Origin: an uncultured Pelagibacteraceae bacterium
Lineage (GTDB): Bacteria > Pseudomonadota > Alphaproteobacteria > Pelagibacterales > Pelagibacteraceae
NCBI GenBank assembly: GCA_902525565.1
Contig: CABZHY010000002.1
Coordinates: 2,221-66,220, forward strand
Direction of reading: 5' to 3'
DNA length: 64,000 nucleotides
Shown: in pieces, positions 9,552-20,196 of the stretch
Numbering within the stretch: position 1 is the stretch's first letter
Layout: every line of letters begins with the position of its first letter
Program-made: the position numbers and the translations under genes
Notes under the pieces: generated by a model
Database searches by the model: none
The model's input: the letters and a program-made list of their open reading frames with translations, nothing else
What the model was told of the DNA's origin: nothing

Positions 9552-11984
9552 ATGAAAACAAAAACTAAAGTTTTAGTAGTTGGTGGAGGAGTTGTAGGTG
9601 TTAGTGCTCTTTATCATTTAGCAAAAAAAGGTTGGTCTGACGTTGTTCTTGTTGAAAGAAAAGAATTAACATCAGGATCAACTTGGCACGCTGCTGGTTT
9701 ATTACCTTTGTTTAATATGAGTTATTCTGTAGGACAACTACACAAATACGCAGTTAATCTTTACAAAACACTTGAAGAAGAAACCGGAAAAAATGTTGGC
9801 TTTAGCGTTGTTTCAAATATTCGTTTAGCAAGCACAAAAGATAGAATGGATGAGTACCATCAATATGCAGGTGTTGCTCGAACTATTGGAGTGGATGTTA
9901 AATTTTTGAAACCAGAACAAGTAAAAGAAATTTGGCCGTTATGTCATACAGATGATTTGGTTGGTGCAATACAACATCCAGAAGATGGATACATTCAACC
10001 AGCAGATTTAACGCAAGCTTTAGCTACAGGTGCAAGAAATAGAGGAGCAGAAATTTATAGAAACACAACAGTTCTATCAATGAGACAAACTAAAGATGGA
10101 TGGGTTGTAGAAACAGATAAAGGATCAATAGAGTGCGAACATGTTATTTCTTGTTCTGGAAATTTTGCGAGACAAACCGGTGAAATGGTTGGATTAGATA
10201 TTCCAGTAATACCTGTTGAACATCAATACATTGTTACAGAACCGCATCCGGCGATTCAAAAAAGAAAGAAAGATGGATTACCAGAAATGGGAGTCTTAAG
10301 AGATAGTGATAGCAGATGGTATATGAGAGAAGAAGCTGGAGGATTAATTTTAGGCCCTTATGAAGATGGTGCACCAGCTTGTTACGTGGAGGGGCCATCA
10401 AAAAATTCTGAATATGAATTATTCCAAGAAGACTTAGACAGATTAGCTCCACATATAGAAGGAGCAATTCATAGAGTTCCTGCTTTTGGAGAGGTTGGGG
10501 TAAAAAAAGTTTATAACGGAGCAATTTGCTACACTCCTGATGGAAATCCAATTGTTGGACCAGCTTGGGGACTTAAAAATTTTTGGATTAATGAAGGACA
10601 TAGCTTTGGAATAACAGCAGCAGGTGGTGCAGGATGGCAATTAGCAGAATGGATAGTTGATGGTGAACCTACGATTGATATGTTGGGAGTTGAACCAAGA
10701 CGTTATGGAAATTACGCAACTAAATCTTATTTAAAAGCAAAAAATGAAGAAGCATATAGTCATGTCTTCATAGTTCATTATCCAGATGAAGAAAGACCCG
10801 CAGCAAGACCACTAAGGACAGCGCCATGTTATGAAAGAATGAAAAATTTAGGTGCTGTGTTTGGTCAGAAGTTTGGATGGGAAAGACCTAATTTTTTTGC
10901 AACAGATGGAATGGAACAAAAAGATGATTGGTCATTTAGAAGATCGAAATGGTTTGATGCTATTAAAAAAGAATGTCAAAATGTAAAAGAAAATGTAGGT
11001 CTTTTAGATATGACAGCGTTTGCAAAATGTAGAATTAAGGGGCCTAAAGCAGAGGAATTTTTGGATTATTTAGTAGCTAATAAACTTCCAAAAAAGATTG
11101 GAAGAATAAATTTATGTCATGCTTTAAATACTAAAGGTGGGGTGCATTCAGAATTTACAATAATGAAAGAAGCAGAAAATAGCTATTATCTAGTTTCTGC
11201 TGGAGCGAATTTAAGATTGGATCATGACTGGATACAAAAATGGATGCCAGATAACGGATCAGTAATATTTGAAGATCTAACAAACAGTACAGGAGTTCTA
11301 GTAGTAGCAGGTCCTAAGGCTAGACAATTAATGCAGAAGGTTTCAACAGATGATTTTTCAAATGAGAATTTCAAATGGCTTACTGCTAAAAATGTGAATG
11401 TTGGATACGCTCCAGTAAATGCAATGAGAGTTAATTTTGTAGGTGAGCTCGGTTGGGAACTACACCATCCAATTGAATATCAAAACCATATTTTTGATAA
11501 ATTAATGGAAGCAGGAAAAGATTTAGGAATTAAACCTTTTGGAATTAGGGCTATGAATAGTTTAAGAGTTGAAAAATCATACAAACTAGTTGGTACAGAA
11601 TTATCAATTGAATATTCACCATACGAATCTGGTCTTGATAGATTTGTTCATCCAAACAAAGGTAACTTTATTGGTTTAGAAGCACTAAACAAATGGAGAG
11701 AAAAGGGTTTTGATAATAAATTAGTTACTTTAGAAGTTCATAATACCAAAGATGCAGATGTGCTTGGAAATAACCCAATTTTTAAAGACGGAAAAGTTGT
11801 TGGAAGAGCAACTGGAGGTGAATTTGGGTTTAGATTAGATAAGTCAATAGCGCTAGCGATGGTTAAACCAGATTTCTCAAATGTAGGCGACAAATTACAA
11901 GTTGATATATTAGGTGAAATGTACGACGCTACCGTCTTAGATGAAAGTCCATACGATTCAGAAAATAATTTATTGAGAGCCTAA
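9552..11984 (+). CDS. Dimethylglycine dehydrogenase-like GcvT-family flavoprotein
   Basis: [18 protein letters not shown] (flavinylation His) and C-terminal GcvT domain; coupled to etfBA. Confidence 0.9.
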   Translation: MKTKTKVLVVGGGVVGVSALYHLAKKGWSDVVLVERKELTSGSTWHAAGLLPLFNMSYSVGQLHKYAVNLYKTLEEETGKNVGFSVVSNIRLASTKDRMDEYHQYAGVARTIGVDVKFLKPEQVKEIWPLCHTDDLVGAIQHPEDGYIQPADLTQALATGARNRGAEIYRNTTVLSMRQTKDGWVVETDKGSIECEHVISCSGNFARQTGEMVGLDIPVIPVEHQYIVTEPHPAIQKRKKDGLPEMGVLRDSDSRWYMREEAGGLILGPYEDGAPACYVEGPSKNSEYELFQEDLDRLAPHIEGAIHRVPAFGEVGVKKVYNGAICYTPDGNPIVGPAWGLKNFWINEGHSFGITAAGGAGWQLAEWIVDGEPTIDMLGVEPRRYGNYATKSYLKAKNEEAYSHVFIVHYPDEERPAARPLRTAPCYERMKNLGAVFGQKFGWERPNFFATDGMEQKDDWSFRRSKWFDAIKKECQNVKENVGLLDMTAFAKCRIKGPKAEEFLDYLVANKLPKKIGRINLCHALNTKGGVHSEFTIMKEAENSYYLVSAGANLRLDHDWIQKWMPDNGSVIFEDLTNSTGVLVVAGPKARQLMQKVSTDDFSNENFKWLTAKNVNVGYAPVNAMRVNFVGELGWELHHPIEYQNHIFDKLMEAGKDLGIKPFGIRAMNSLRVEKSYKLVGTELSIEYSPYESGLDRFVHPNKGNFIGLEALNKWREKGFDNKLVTLEVHNTKDADVLGNNPIFKDGKVVGRATGGEFGFRLDKSIALAMVKPDFSNVGDKLQVDILGEMYDATVLDESPYDSENNLLRA

Positions 11985-12733
11985 TGAAAATTTTAGTAGC
12001 TGTAAAAAGAGTTATTGATTACAACGTACAAATCAGAGTAAAAGAAGATGGAACTGGTGTAGTTACTGACAATGTTAAAATGTCAACTAATCCCCCTGAT
12101 GATAATGCGATAGAGGAAGCTGTAAAAATTAAAGAAGCAGGCAAAGCCACAGAAGTAGTTGCAATAACTGTTGGTGAAGAAAAAGCTCAAGAGACTGTTA
12201 GAAAAGCTTTAGCAGTTGGAGCAGATAGAGGTATTCACGTAAAAGCAGACGGAATATTAGAGCCACTTGCTGTTTCAAAAATTTTACAAAAAATAGTAGA
12301 TAAAGAAAAACCAGATTTAGTGTTTATGGGCAAACAAGCAATTGATGATGACTGCAATCAAACAGGTCAAATGTTGAGTGCTTTATTAAATTGGCCACAA
12401 GCGACATTCGCCTCAAAGATTGATGTGAAAGATAATAAGTTAGAAGTAACAAGAGAAATAGACGAAGGTCTTGAAACAATTGAAATAAATGTTCCAGCTA
12501 TTGTAACTTGTGATCTTAGGCTGAATGAACCAAGATATGCATCACTACCAAATATAATGAAGGCTAAGAAAAAACCTATAGAGGAAATTGTAGCTTCTGA
12601 TTTAGGCGTAAATGTATCACCAAGATTAGAGCAATTAAAAGTAGAGGAACCTCCAAAAAGAAAAGCAGGCATAAAAGTAGCAAATGTTGCAGAATTAGTT
12701 CAAAAATTAAAAAATGAGGCGAAGGTAATTTAA
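11984..12733 (+). CDS. etfB: Electron transfer flavoprotein beta subunit
   Basis: [41 protein letters not shown]. Confidence 0.97.
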   Translation: MKILVAVKRVIDYNVQIRVKEDGTGVVTDNVKMSTNPPDDNAIEEAVKIKEAGKATEVVAITVGEEKAQETVRKALAVGADRGIHVKADGILEPLAVSKILQKIVDKEKPDLVFMGKQAIDDDCNQTGQMLSALLNWPQATFASKIDVKDNKLEVTREIDEGLETIEINVPAIVTCDLRLNEPRYASLPNIMKAKKKPIEEIVASDLGVNVSPRLEQLKVEEPPKRKAGIKVANVAELVQKLKNEAKVI

Positions 12734-13686
12734 TGGCAGTTTTACTTATAGCAGAACACAATAATAAAGAGTTGAGACCATTTACTCTTAATGCAGCTAC
12801 AGCAGCATCTCAAATTGACTCAGATGTTCATGCTGTAATTATTGGTCAAAATTCTGCAGATGCTGCAAAACAATTATCTGAACTTCCAGTAGTAAAAAAA
12901 GTATTGAGTGTAGAAGGAGCTCACTATGAAAACTTCACTGCAGAAAATTTTTCTCCAGTGATTGTTAAACTAGCAGAAAATTATTCTCACATTGTTTGTT
13001 CAGCAAATACATTTGGAAAAAATTTGATGCCGCGAATTGCAGCTCATCTTGATACATCACAAGTAAGCGACATTATTAAAGTAATATCACCAGATACTTT
13101 TTTAAGACCAATTTATGCCGGTAACGCTTTTGCAACAATTAAGAGTAATGATGCTAAAAAGTGCGTTACAATCAGACCCACTTCTTTCGATCCCTGTGAG
13201 AGCACAGGTGGATCAGCCCCAATTGAAAAAGTGGATGCTAGTGAAGAGTTTTCAAATACAAAATTTATCAAAAGAGAAGAAATTAAATCTGATCGACCTG
13301 AGCTTGGAACAGCAAGAATTGTTGTATCAGGTGGCAGAGGAATGCAAAGTGGGGACAATTTTAAATTAATTACAGAAATTGCTGACAAACTAGGTGCAGC
13401 AATTGGAGCATCAAGAGCAGCAGTAGATGCTGGATACATAAGTAATGATCATCAAGTAGGTCAAACAGGAAAAGTGGTAGTACCAGATTTATATATCGCT
13501 GTTGGAATTTCAGGTGCTATTCAACATTTAGCAGGAATGAAGGAAAGTAAAGTTATAGTTGCAATTAATAAAGATGGTGAAGCTCCAATCTTCAGTGTTG
13601 CAGATTATGGACTTGAAGCTGATTTATTTGAGGCACTGCCTCAGTTTATGGAAGAGCTGAACAAATTAAACACTATACAAAAATAA
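12733..13686 (+). CDS. etfA: Electron transfer flavoprotein alpha subunit
   Basis: [29 protein letters not shown]. Confidence 0.97.
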   Translation: MAVLLIAEHNNKELRPFTLNAATAASQIDSDVHAVIIGQNSADAAKQLSELPVVKKVLSVEGAHYENFTAENFSPVIVKLAENYSHIVCSANTFGKNLMPRIAAHLDTSQVSDIIKVISPDTFLRPIYAGNAFATIKSNDAKKCVTIRPTSFDPCESTGGSAPIEKVDASEEFSNTKFIKREEIKSDRPELGTARIVVSGGRGMQSGDNFKLITEIADKLGAAIGASRAAVDAGYISNDHQVGQTGKVVVPDLYIAVGISGAIQHLAGMKESKVIVAINKDGEAPIFSVADYGLEADLFEALPQFMEELNKLNTIQK

Positions 13687-13709
13687 TCCTTACAGTTAAA
13701 AACTAGAGT

Positions 13710-15329
13710 ATGTCTAGAGAATCAATGGAATATGATGTTGTAATTATAGGAGGAGGACCATCAGGGTTATCAACTGCAATAAAGTTAAAACAATTAGATC
13801 CAAATCTAAACGTTTGTTTATTAGAAAAAGCATCAGAGATTGGAGCTCATATTTTAAGTGGAAATGTATTTGAAACGCGTGCTTTAGATGAATTACTTCC
13901 AAATTGGAGAGAATTAAATTCTCCAATCAAAACAAAAGTAACTAAAGAAAAATTTTTATTTTTAGGAAAAACCAAATCTTTAAGTTGGCCAACTTGGCTC
14001 CTACCTGCGGTGCAACAAAATCATAAAAATTATATTATTAGTCTTGCAAATTTATGTAGATGGCTTGCTGAACAAGCTGAAAATTTAGGTGTAGAAATCT
14101 TTCCAGGATTTCCAGCAAGTGAAATTTTATATAACGAAGATGGATCTGTTAAAGGTGTTGCAACTCAAGATATGGGCATAGATAAAGATGGTAATAAAAA
14201 AGATAGTTTTGAACCTGGTATTGAACTTTTAGGTAAAGTAACTGTTTTTGCAGAAGGTTGCAGAGGCCACTTAGGCAAACAACTTATTGAAAAATTTGAA
14301 TTAAACAAAGGTAAAGATCCTCAACAATATGGAATTGGTTTTAAAGAAATTTGGGAAATAGAGGATAAAAATCATGAAGAAGGCTTAGTTATGCATACAG
14401 CTGGATGGCCATTAGATAACAATACATATGGTGGGAGTTTTATGTATCATGCAGAAAATAAACAAGTTTTTCTGGGCTATGTAATTGGTCTAGATTACAA
14501 AAATCCACATTTATCACCTTATGATGAATTTCAGAGATTTAAAACACATCCAGCAATTAAAAAAATTATAGAAGGTGGAAAAAGAATTTCTTACGGTGCA
14601 AGAGCTTTAATTGAAGGTGGATTTCAAAGTTTGCCAAAAATGTTTATGCCTGGAGCTTTATTAGTTGGTTGTGATGCTGGAACTTTGAATATGCCAAAAA
14701 TTAAAGGTTCTCATACTGCTATGAAAAGTGGAATTATTGCTGCAGAAACAATAAATGAACACTTAAAAGAAGACAAAGATTTATCTATTTATGAAGATAA
14801 ATTTAAAAACAGCTGGTTACATAAAGAGCTTTATGAAGCCAGAAATGTTAAACCAAGTTTTAGTTGGGGTTTAATTTTAGGAATTATTTTTACAGGAATA
14901 GATCAAATTTTATTTAGAGGAAAACTTCCTTTTACTCTTAAACATAAACATGCTGATCATGAAACGTTGAAACCAGCAAATCAAATGCCAAAAATAGATT
15001 ATCCAAAATATGATAATGAAATAACTTTTGACAAAACAAGTTCAGTCTATTTAACAGGAACCAATCATGCGGACAATCAGCCTGTTCACTTAAAACTTAA
15101 AGATCCTAATTTACCAATTAATTATACATTAGTAAAATTTGATGAACCTGCTCAAAGATATTGCCCTGCAGGGGTTTATGAAGTTCAAAAAGAAAATGAT
15201 GTAAATAAATTTGTAATTAATTCCCAAAATTGTATCCATTGTAAAACATGTGATATTAAAGAACCTTCTCAAAATATAACATGGGTTACGCCAGAAGGTA
15301 GTGGTGGTCCAAGATATGGAAATATGTAA
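13710..15329 (+). CDS. ETF-ubiquinone oxidoreductase
   Basis: GGGPSG, GAHILSG, and 4Fe-4S motifs RYCPAGVYE / NCIHCKTCDIK. Confidence 0.95.
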   Translation: MSRESMEYDVVIIGGGPSGLSTAIKLKQLDPNLNVCLLEKASEIGAHILSGNVFETRALDELLPNWRELNSPIKTKVTKEKFLFLGKTKSLSWPTWLLPAVQQNHKNYIISLANLCRWLAEQAENLGVEIFPGFPASEILYNEDGSVKGVATQDMGIDKDGNKKDSFEPGIELLGKVTVFAEGCRGHLGKQLIEKFELNKGKDPQQYGIGFKEIWEIEDKNHEEGLVMHTAGWPLDNNTYGGSFMYHAENKQVFLGYVIGLDYKNPHLSPYDEFQRFKTHPAIKKIIEGGKRISYGARALIEGGFQSLPKMFMPGALLVGCDAGTLNMPKIKGSHTAMKSGIIAAETINEHLKEDKDLSIYEDKFKNSWLHKELYEARNVKPSFSWGLILGIIFTGIDQILFRGKLPFTLKHKHADHETLKPANQMPKIDYPKYDNEITFDKTSSVYLTGTNHADNQPVHLKLKDPNLPINYTLVKFDEPAQRYCPAGVYEVQKENDVNKFVINSQNCIHCKTCDIKEPSQNITWVTPEGSGGPRYGNM

Positions 15330-15713
15330 TTAAGATAAGTCTATTGCAAACTTCTTTAATGTTTCAATAGGTATATGTTTTAGAGTATTTTTATGAGTTC
15401 TTTTTAGGAAAATTGGACAACCTTTACCTGCATCAACAGCCTTAGCGTACCAACTAGCACATACACACCAACCATCACCATCTTTTAAACCAGGAAAACC
15501 AAATTCTGGATGTGGAGTTATTAGATCATTTCCTGCATCTTTTAACCATACTAAAAACTCAGTTGTTACTTTCGCACAAACAGTATGAACACCATGATCA
15601 TTTTCATCAGTATTACAACATCCATCACGAAACCAACCTGTTAAAGGATTATTTGAACATTCTTCCAGTTTTTCACCTAGAACATTTAAATTATTATAAT
15701 CTTTATCTGCCAT
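15330..15713 (-). CDS. DUF2237 family protein
   Basis: NVLGEKLEECS..PLTGWFRDGCC, HTVCA, GNDL.TP.PE..FPGLK.GD.WCVCA. Confidence 0.85.
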   Translation of the reverse strand: MADKDYNNLNVLGEKLEECSNNPLTGWFRDGCCNTDENDHGVHTVCAKVTTEFLVWLKDAGNDLITPHPEFGFPGLKDGDGWCVCASWYAKAVDAGKGCPIFLKRTHKNTLKHIPIETLKKFAIDLS

Positions 15714-16341
15714 AAACGTTAAAAATGTCTTGGTCTATGTAAGCATTGAATGAAATTGACCTTCGTTCCTCATTAGTGTCCTTGAAAGGATAAACAGTGT
15801 GCATTAGGTAATTTGGAAAAAAATAAAAATCTCCCACCTTAGGTTTAATTTTAAATACTGAATTAGACATAAATCTATGAGATCCATCTATAAAATTTAA
15901 ATTTCCTCCCTGAAAAGTGTTATTTCCTTTATCTTGAGAAAAATCCCCAAAACTTGAAGGTACTTTTAAAAATCCTGCGCCTGAAACATGTCCACCATGC
16001 CAATGTATTGGATTAAATTCATTTTGAAACTGTCTTACAATCCATGTTTGAATTATCTCAAATTTAGTAATATCTTTTTGCATTTCTTTTTTGACCCATG
16101 CTTTCACACAATTTCCTAAAAAATTACCCCATCCGCTTTTAAGAGTAAAATCTTTTTCAATAACAAATTCTTGTTTCACATCTGCGACTAATCTTTTTCC
16201 ATGATTTAAATCTTTAGATTTTTTTTCATTATTAATAACTTGATCTACATATAAGTTTAGATCATTAACTAGTTTTTCTGGTATTTGAACTTTTAAAATT
16301 GATGGTCCGAATGCTCTTATTTGCTCTAACTTTATATCCAT
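15703..16341 (-). CDS. Putative 2OG-Fe(II) oxygenase (TIGR02466/PF13759-like)
   Basis: NPIHWH...FFPNYLMHTVYPF...RRSISFN. Confidence 0.8.
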   Translation of the reverse strand: MDIKLEQIRAFGPSILKVQIPEKLVNDLNLYVDQVINNEKKSKDLNHGKRLVADVKQEFVIEKDFTLKSGWGNFLGNCVKAWVKKEMQKDITKFEIIQTWIVRQFQNEFNPIHWHGGHVSGAGFLKVPSSFGDFSQDKGNNTFQGGNLNFIDGSHRFMSNSVFKIKPKVGDFYFFPNYLMHTVYPFKDTNEERRSISFNAYIDQDIFNVYGR

Positions 16342-16388
16342 TTTAAATAATACAATAATTTATAATTTTTAAATTTTTTTTATTTATT

Positions 16389-17021
16389 TTAAGACTTACC
16401 AATACTACCATAAATTTCATCATCAATTAATGCATTAAATGAGATAGATCTTCTTTCAGCAGACTTATTTTTAAATGGATAAACAGTGTGCATTAAATAA
16501 TTTGGAAAAAAATAAAAATCACCAACCTTTGGTTCAATATTTAACATTACTGGAGATAAAAACATCTTGGTACCATGAACTAATTGTAGATGGCCATTAA
16601 AGTTTTCATTTTTATTTTTTTGAATTGTTTCTCCAAAATTATCTGGGACTGTTAAATAACCAACGCCAGATATATGACCTGAATGAGAATGAAGTGGATT
16701 ATATTCGTTTTCGAATTGTCTTACAATCCAGCTTTCAATTACATCACATTTATTAATTTCTTTATTAACTGTTTGTTTAATCCATTCTTTTGCATTTTCA
16801 GTAAAAAATTTTTGTAATCCTGATGAATTTATAAAATCTTTTTCTAACTTAAACTCTTGGCTGACATTACCAGCCAATTTATCTCCATGATCTTGAAGTT
16901 TAATTTTTTCATCACTAGATAAAATTTTATCAAGATAGTTATTTAGTTCCATGATTAAATTTTGTGGAATTGAAACTTTAGCGATAGATGGTCCAAAAGG
17001 TCTTATCACCTTCATAATCAA
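16389..17021 (-). CDS. Putative 2OG-Fe(II) oxygenase, tandem paralog
   Basis: NPLHSH...FFPNYLMHTVYPF...RRSISFN; clearly homologous to its neighbour. Confidence 0.8.
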   Translation of the reverse strand: MIMKVIRPFGPSIAKVSIPQNLIMELNNYLDKILSSDEKIKLQDHGDKLAGNVSQEFKLEKDFINSSGLQKFFTENAKEWIKQTVNKEINKCDVIESWIVRQFENEYNPLHSHSGHISGVGYLTVPDNFGETIQKNKNENFNGHLQLVHGTKMFLSPVMLNIEPKVGDFYFFPNYLMHTVYPFKNKSAERRSISFNALIDDEIYGSIGKS

Positions 17022-17485
17022 ATCTTAGTTGGATTTGGTTGTCCTTTATATACTTTTTTAGGATCAAATTTTTTTTCTTTTTCAAGGAATTCCATTTCAA
17101 CTTTTCTTCCATTATCTATTGGTCCCATAGGGACAGATCTATAAAAACATGATCTATAACCAACATGACAACTAGCTCCATCACCAATATCAACCGTTAA
17201 CCATATTGAGTCTTGGTCATCATCAATTCTTATTTCAATAACTTTTTGGGTAAAACCACTTGTTTTACCTTTATGCCAAATAGCTTTTCTAGATCTACTA
17301 AAATAGTGAGCTTCTTTAGTTTCAATTGTCTTCTTAAGAGCTTCTACATTCATATATCCATGCATCAGTATATCTTTAGTTTTTGAACACATGGTAATGA
17401 CTGGAATCAACCCATTATTATCAAATTTAGGTGATAGAAGATTCCCCTCTTCAATATCATAGATATTTTCTCTTTTTTTGAACAT
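17018..17485 (-). CDS. hisI: Phosphoribosyl-AMP cyclohydrolase
   Basis: YFSRSR..IWHKG.TSG, DDDQDS, SCHVGYRSCF. Confidence 0.95.
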   Translation of the reverse strand: MFKKRENIYDIEEGNLLSPKFDNNGLIPVITMCSKTKDILMHGYMNVEALKKTIETKEAHYFSRSRKAIWHKGKTSGFTQKVIEIRIDDDQDSIWLTVDIGDGASCHVGYRSCFYRSVPMGPIDNGRKVEMEFLEKEKKFDPKKVYKGQPNPTKI

Positions 17486-17562
17486 ACGGGGTGATTATTT
17501 AACACATATCAAAATATAATAAATATTTTTAAATCTGTGTATTTACTGTATAAAAAGACGCC

Positions 17563-18183
17563 ATGAAATTAGTAAAAGACACAGATGACAAAAATTTAGA
17601 CTTAAAAAAGGTTTCGGACAAAGATGCTGAAGAGGCGATCAGAACCATTTTATCTTGGATGGGAGAGGATCCTAAAAGAGAAGGATTGTTAGAAACTCCC
17701 AAAAGAGTTGTGAAAGCGTTTAAAGAATATTTTCAAGGGTATAATGAGGATGCAAAAAAAGTATTAGATAAAACTTTTGGTGATGTCGAGGGTTATAGTG
17801 ATATGGTTGTTCAAAAAAATATCTCAGTACAAAGTCACTGCGAGCATCATATGGCTCCAATTATAGGAAAAGCTCACGTTGCCTATATACCGAATGAAAG
17901 AGTTGTAGGATTAAGTAAAATAGCAAGAGTGGTTGAAATATTTTCAAAAAGATTACAGACACAAGAAAGATTAACCGTTCAAATAGCAAATTCTCTTATG
18001 GAAGCTTTAGATGCAAAAGGTGTAGCTGTTACCATAGATTCAACTCATCAGTGTATGACCATGAGAGGTATTAAAAAAGAACAAGCAACAACAGTAACCA
18101 ATTTTTACTTAGGTCAATTTAAAGAGGATTTAAGTTATCAAAATAGATATTTACGATTTATCAGCACTACGTTAAAAGACTAG
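17563..18183 (+). CDS. folE: GTP cyclohydrolase I
   Basis: GEDP.REGL.ETP.RV, SHCEHH, RLQTQERLT, HQCMTMRG. Confidence 0.97.
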   Translation: MKLVKDTDDKNLDLKKVSDKDAEEAIRTILSWMGEDPKREGLLETPKRVVKAFKEYFQGYNEDAKKVLDKTFGDVEGYSDMVVQKNISVQSHCEHHMAPIIGKAHVAYIPNERVVGLSKIARVVEIFSKRLQTQERLTVQIANSLMEALDAKGVAVTIDSTHQCMTMRGIKKEQATTVTNFYLGQFKEDLSYQNRYLRFISTTLKD

Positions 18184-18184
18184 G

Positions 18185-19186
18185 GTGTCTGACCAATTTA
18201 AAGCGTTAATTCTTAATCAAGAAGGTGAAAATTTCTCACGTGAGATTAAATCTATTGATAGAAGTTTCTTAAGGCATGGAGATGTAACTGTAAAAGTAGA
18301 TTATTCAGACTTAAATTTTAAAGATGGAATGATTTTAAAAAACGGCGGACGTTTAGTTAAAGAGTTTCCACATATTCCAGGAATAGATTTTTCAGGAAAA
18401 GTTATTGAAAGCGAAAATTCAAAATTTAAGGAAGGAGACGAGATAATTTTAACTGGATTTAGAGTCGGAGAAATATTTTTTGGTGGGTATTCACAAATTG
18501 CAAAAGTAAATGCAGATTTTTTAGTAAAAAAACCTGATAGCTTAACAAGTAAGCAAGCTATGATTTTAGGCACAGCGGGCTTCACTTCATTAATGAGTGC
18601 TTTCGCAATACAAGCAAGGGAAAGTATTTTATTGGGGGAAAAAGTAAATGATGTTTTAGTAACAGGTGCAACAGGAGGAGTTGGCAGTGTAGCAATTATG
18701 GCTTTAACAAAAATGGGATATAACGTTTCTGCTGTAACTGGAAAAGATTCAAAATCAGATTTTTTAAAATCATTAGGTGCAAAAAACATTATAAATAGGG
18801 CTGAATTTGACAAAGATCCACGCCCAATAGACAAAGGTTTGTGGGACGGAGTTGTTGATACAGTTGGTGGAAAGATTTTGGCAAATGCAATTGCTCAAAC
18901 AAAATCAAATGGAATAATATCTGTGTGCGGAAATGCAAATAGTAATGAACTTAATACAAATTTATTACCATTTATGTTGAGAGGTATTAAAGTTTGGGGC
19001 ATGGACTCTGCTAATTGCAGTATAAAAAGAAGAAGTTTCATTTGGGGAGAAGCTACAAAATTAATTGATTTTGAATTATTGGAAAAATCTGTTTTAACAG
19101 TAAGTTTGGAGGAATTGATTGAGACTTATCCTAAAATTTTAAAAGGTGAAATTTCTGGAAGAGTATTAGTTGATTTAAATAAATAA
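18185..19186 (+). CDS. acuI: Acryloyl-CoA reductase (AcuI/YhdH, MDR family)
   Basis: YSDLNFKDG, PGIDFSG, GTAGFT, VTGATGGVGS, PFMLRGI..GMDS. Confidence 0.85.
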   Translation: MSDQFKALILNQEGENFSREIKSIDRSFLRHGDVTVKVDYSDLNFKDGMILKNGGRLVKEFPHIPGIDFSGKVIESENSKFKEGDEIILTGFRVGEIFFGGYSQIAKVNADFLVKKPDSLTSKQAMILGTAGFTSLMSAFAIQARESILLGEKVNDVLVTGATGGVGSVAIMALTKMGYNVSAVTGKDSKSDFLKSLGAKNIINRAEFDKDPRPIDKGLWDGVVDTVGGKILANAIAQTKSNGIISVCGNANSNELNTNLLPFMLRGIKVWGMDSANCSIKRRSFIWGEATKLIDFELLEKSVLTVSLEELIETYPKILKGEISGRVLVDLNK

Positions 19187-20073
19187 TGGATTGGGATAAA
19201 TTAAAAATTTTTCATGCTGTGGCTGAAGCCGGAAGCTTTACAAATGCTACTGTTAATTTAAATCTTAGCCAATCAGCTATAAGTAGACAAATACAATCAT
19301 TAGAACAAGATTTAAAAGTGCAGTTATTTGAAAGACATGCAAGAGGCTTAACTCTCACGCAAAATGGAGAATATGTTTTTAAAACTGCTCATGAGGTGAT
19401 TAGTAAACTTAAAGAAGTTGAAACATCATTAGGTGATCAAAAAAGTAAACCAACAGGAAAATTAACAATTACAACTGTAAGAAGTTTTGGAACCCACTGG
19501 TTAACACCAAGAATTCAAGAATTTATGATGCTTAATCCAGAGATTGAGATTGAGCTTGTTTTTGATGATAAAGAATTAGATTTGAGTACTCGTCAAGCTG
19601 ATATAGGAATATTTATGAGGAGACCAAAACAGCTTAACTATATTCAGAAAAAATTAGTTGATATTAAGTATTATATTTATGGATCAAATAAATACTTAGA
19701 AAAAAATGGAATGCCAAAAACAGTCAATGACTTAAATAAACATAAGTTTATCTCCTTTGGAAAAGGAGCCCCTTCGCCAGTTTACAATCCTGATTGGGCA
19801 TTAAAAATAGGAATGCATGATGGGAAAAAAAGAAAATCTATTATGAAGGTTAATAGTGTTAGCGGTCTTTTGTATGGTGTTGAGTCTGGGGTGGGATTGG
19901 CTGCACTTCCAGAATATTTAGTATCAAATACTAGTAAAATAATTAAAGTGCTTCCAAAAGTAGAAGGACCTATAACAGAAGCTCACTTTGTCTACCCACA
20001 ATCATTAAAAAACACAGCTAGAGTTCAAGCTTTTAGAAATTTCTTATTCAGTAAAATCGGCGATTGGAAATAA
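19186..20073 (+). CDS. LysR-family regulator (LsrB/VtlR-like N-terminus)
   Basis: MDWDKLKIFHAVAEAGSFT, SQSAISRQI HTH, LFERHARGL. Confidence 0.9.
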   Translation: MDWDKLKIFHAVAEAGSFTNATVNLNLSQSAISRQIQSLEQDLKVQLFERHARGLTLTQNGEYVFKTAHEVISKLKEVETSLGDQKSKPTGKLTITTVRSFGTHWLTPRIQEFMMLNPEIEIELVFDDKELDLSTRQADIGIFMRRPKQLNYIQKKLVDIKYYIYGSNKYLEKNGMPKTVNDLNKHKFISFGKGAPSPVYNPDWALKIGMHDGKKRKSIMKVNSVSGLLYGVESGVGLAALPEYLVSNTSKIIKVLPKVEGPITEAHFVYPQSLKNTARVQAFRNFLFSKIGDWK

Positions 20074-20125
20074 AAATACGGCCGAAAAATAATATCAAAT
20101 AACCCTTGTAATCCGCGACAAAATA

Positions 20126-20168
20126 TGCGATTGATAATCATTCGCATTGAGAATAATTCTCATTCGCA
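20126..20168. promoter_or_regulatory. Tandem Fur-type iron boxes upstream of the Fe(III) ABC operon
   Basis: TGCGATTGAT-A-ATCATTCGCA (10-1-10, one mismatch, 20126-20146) and perfect TGAGAAT-A-ATTCTCA (7-1-7, 20148-20162); includes a GATAATCATT core. Confidence 0.75.
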
Positions 20169-20196
20169 AATCAATTAGGGTAAAGAAAAGGATAAA

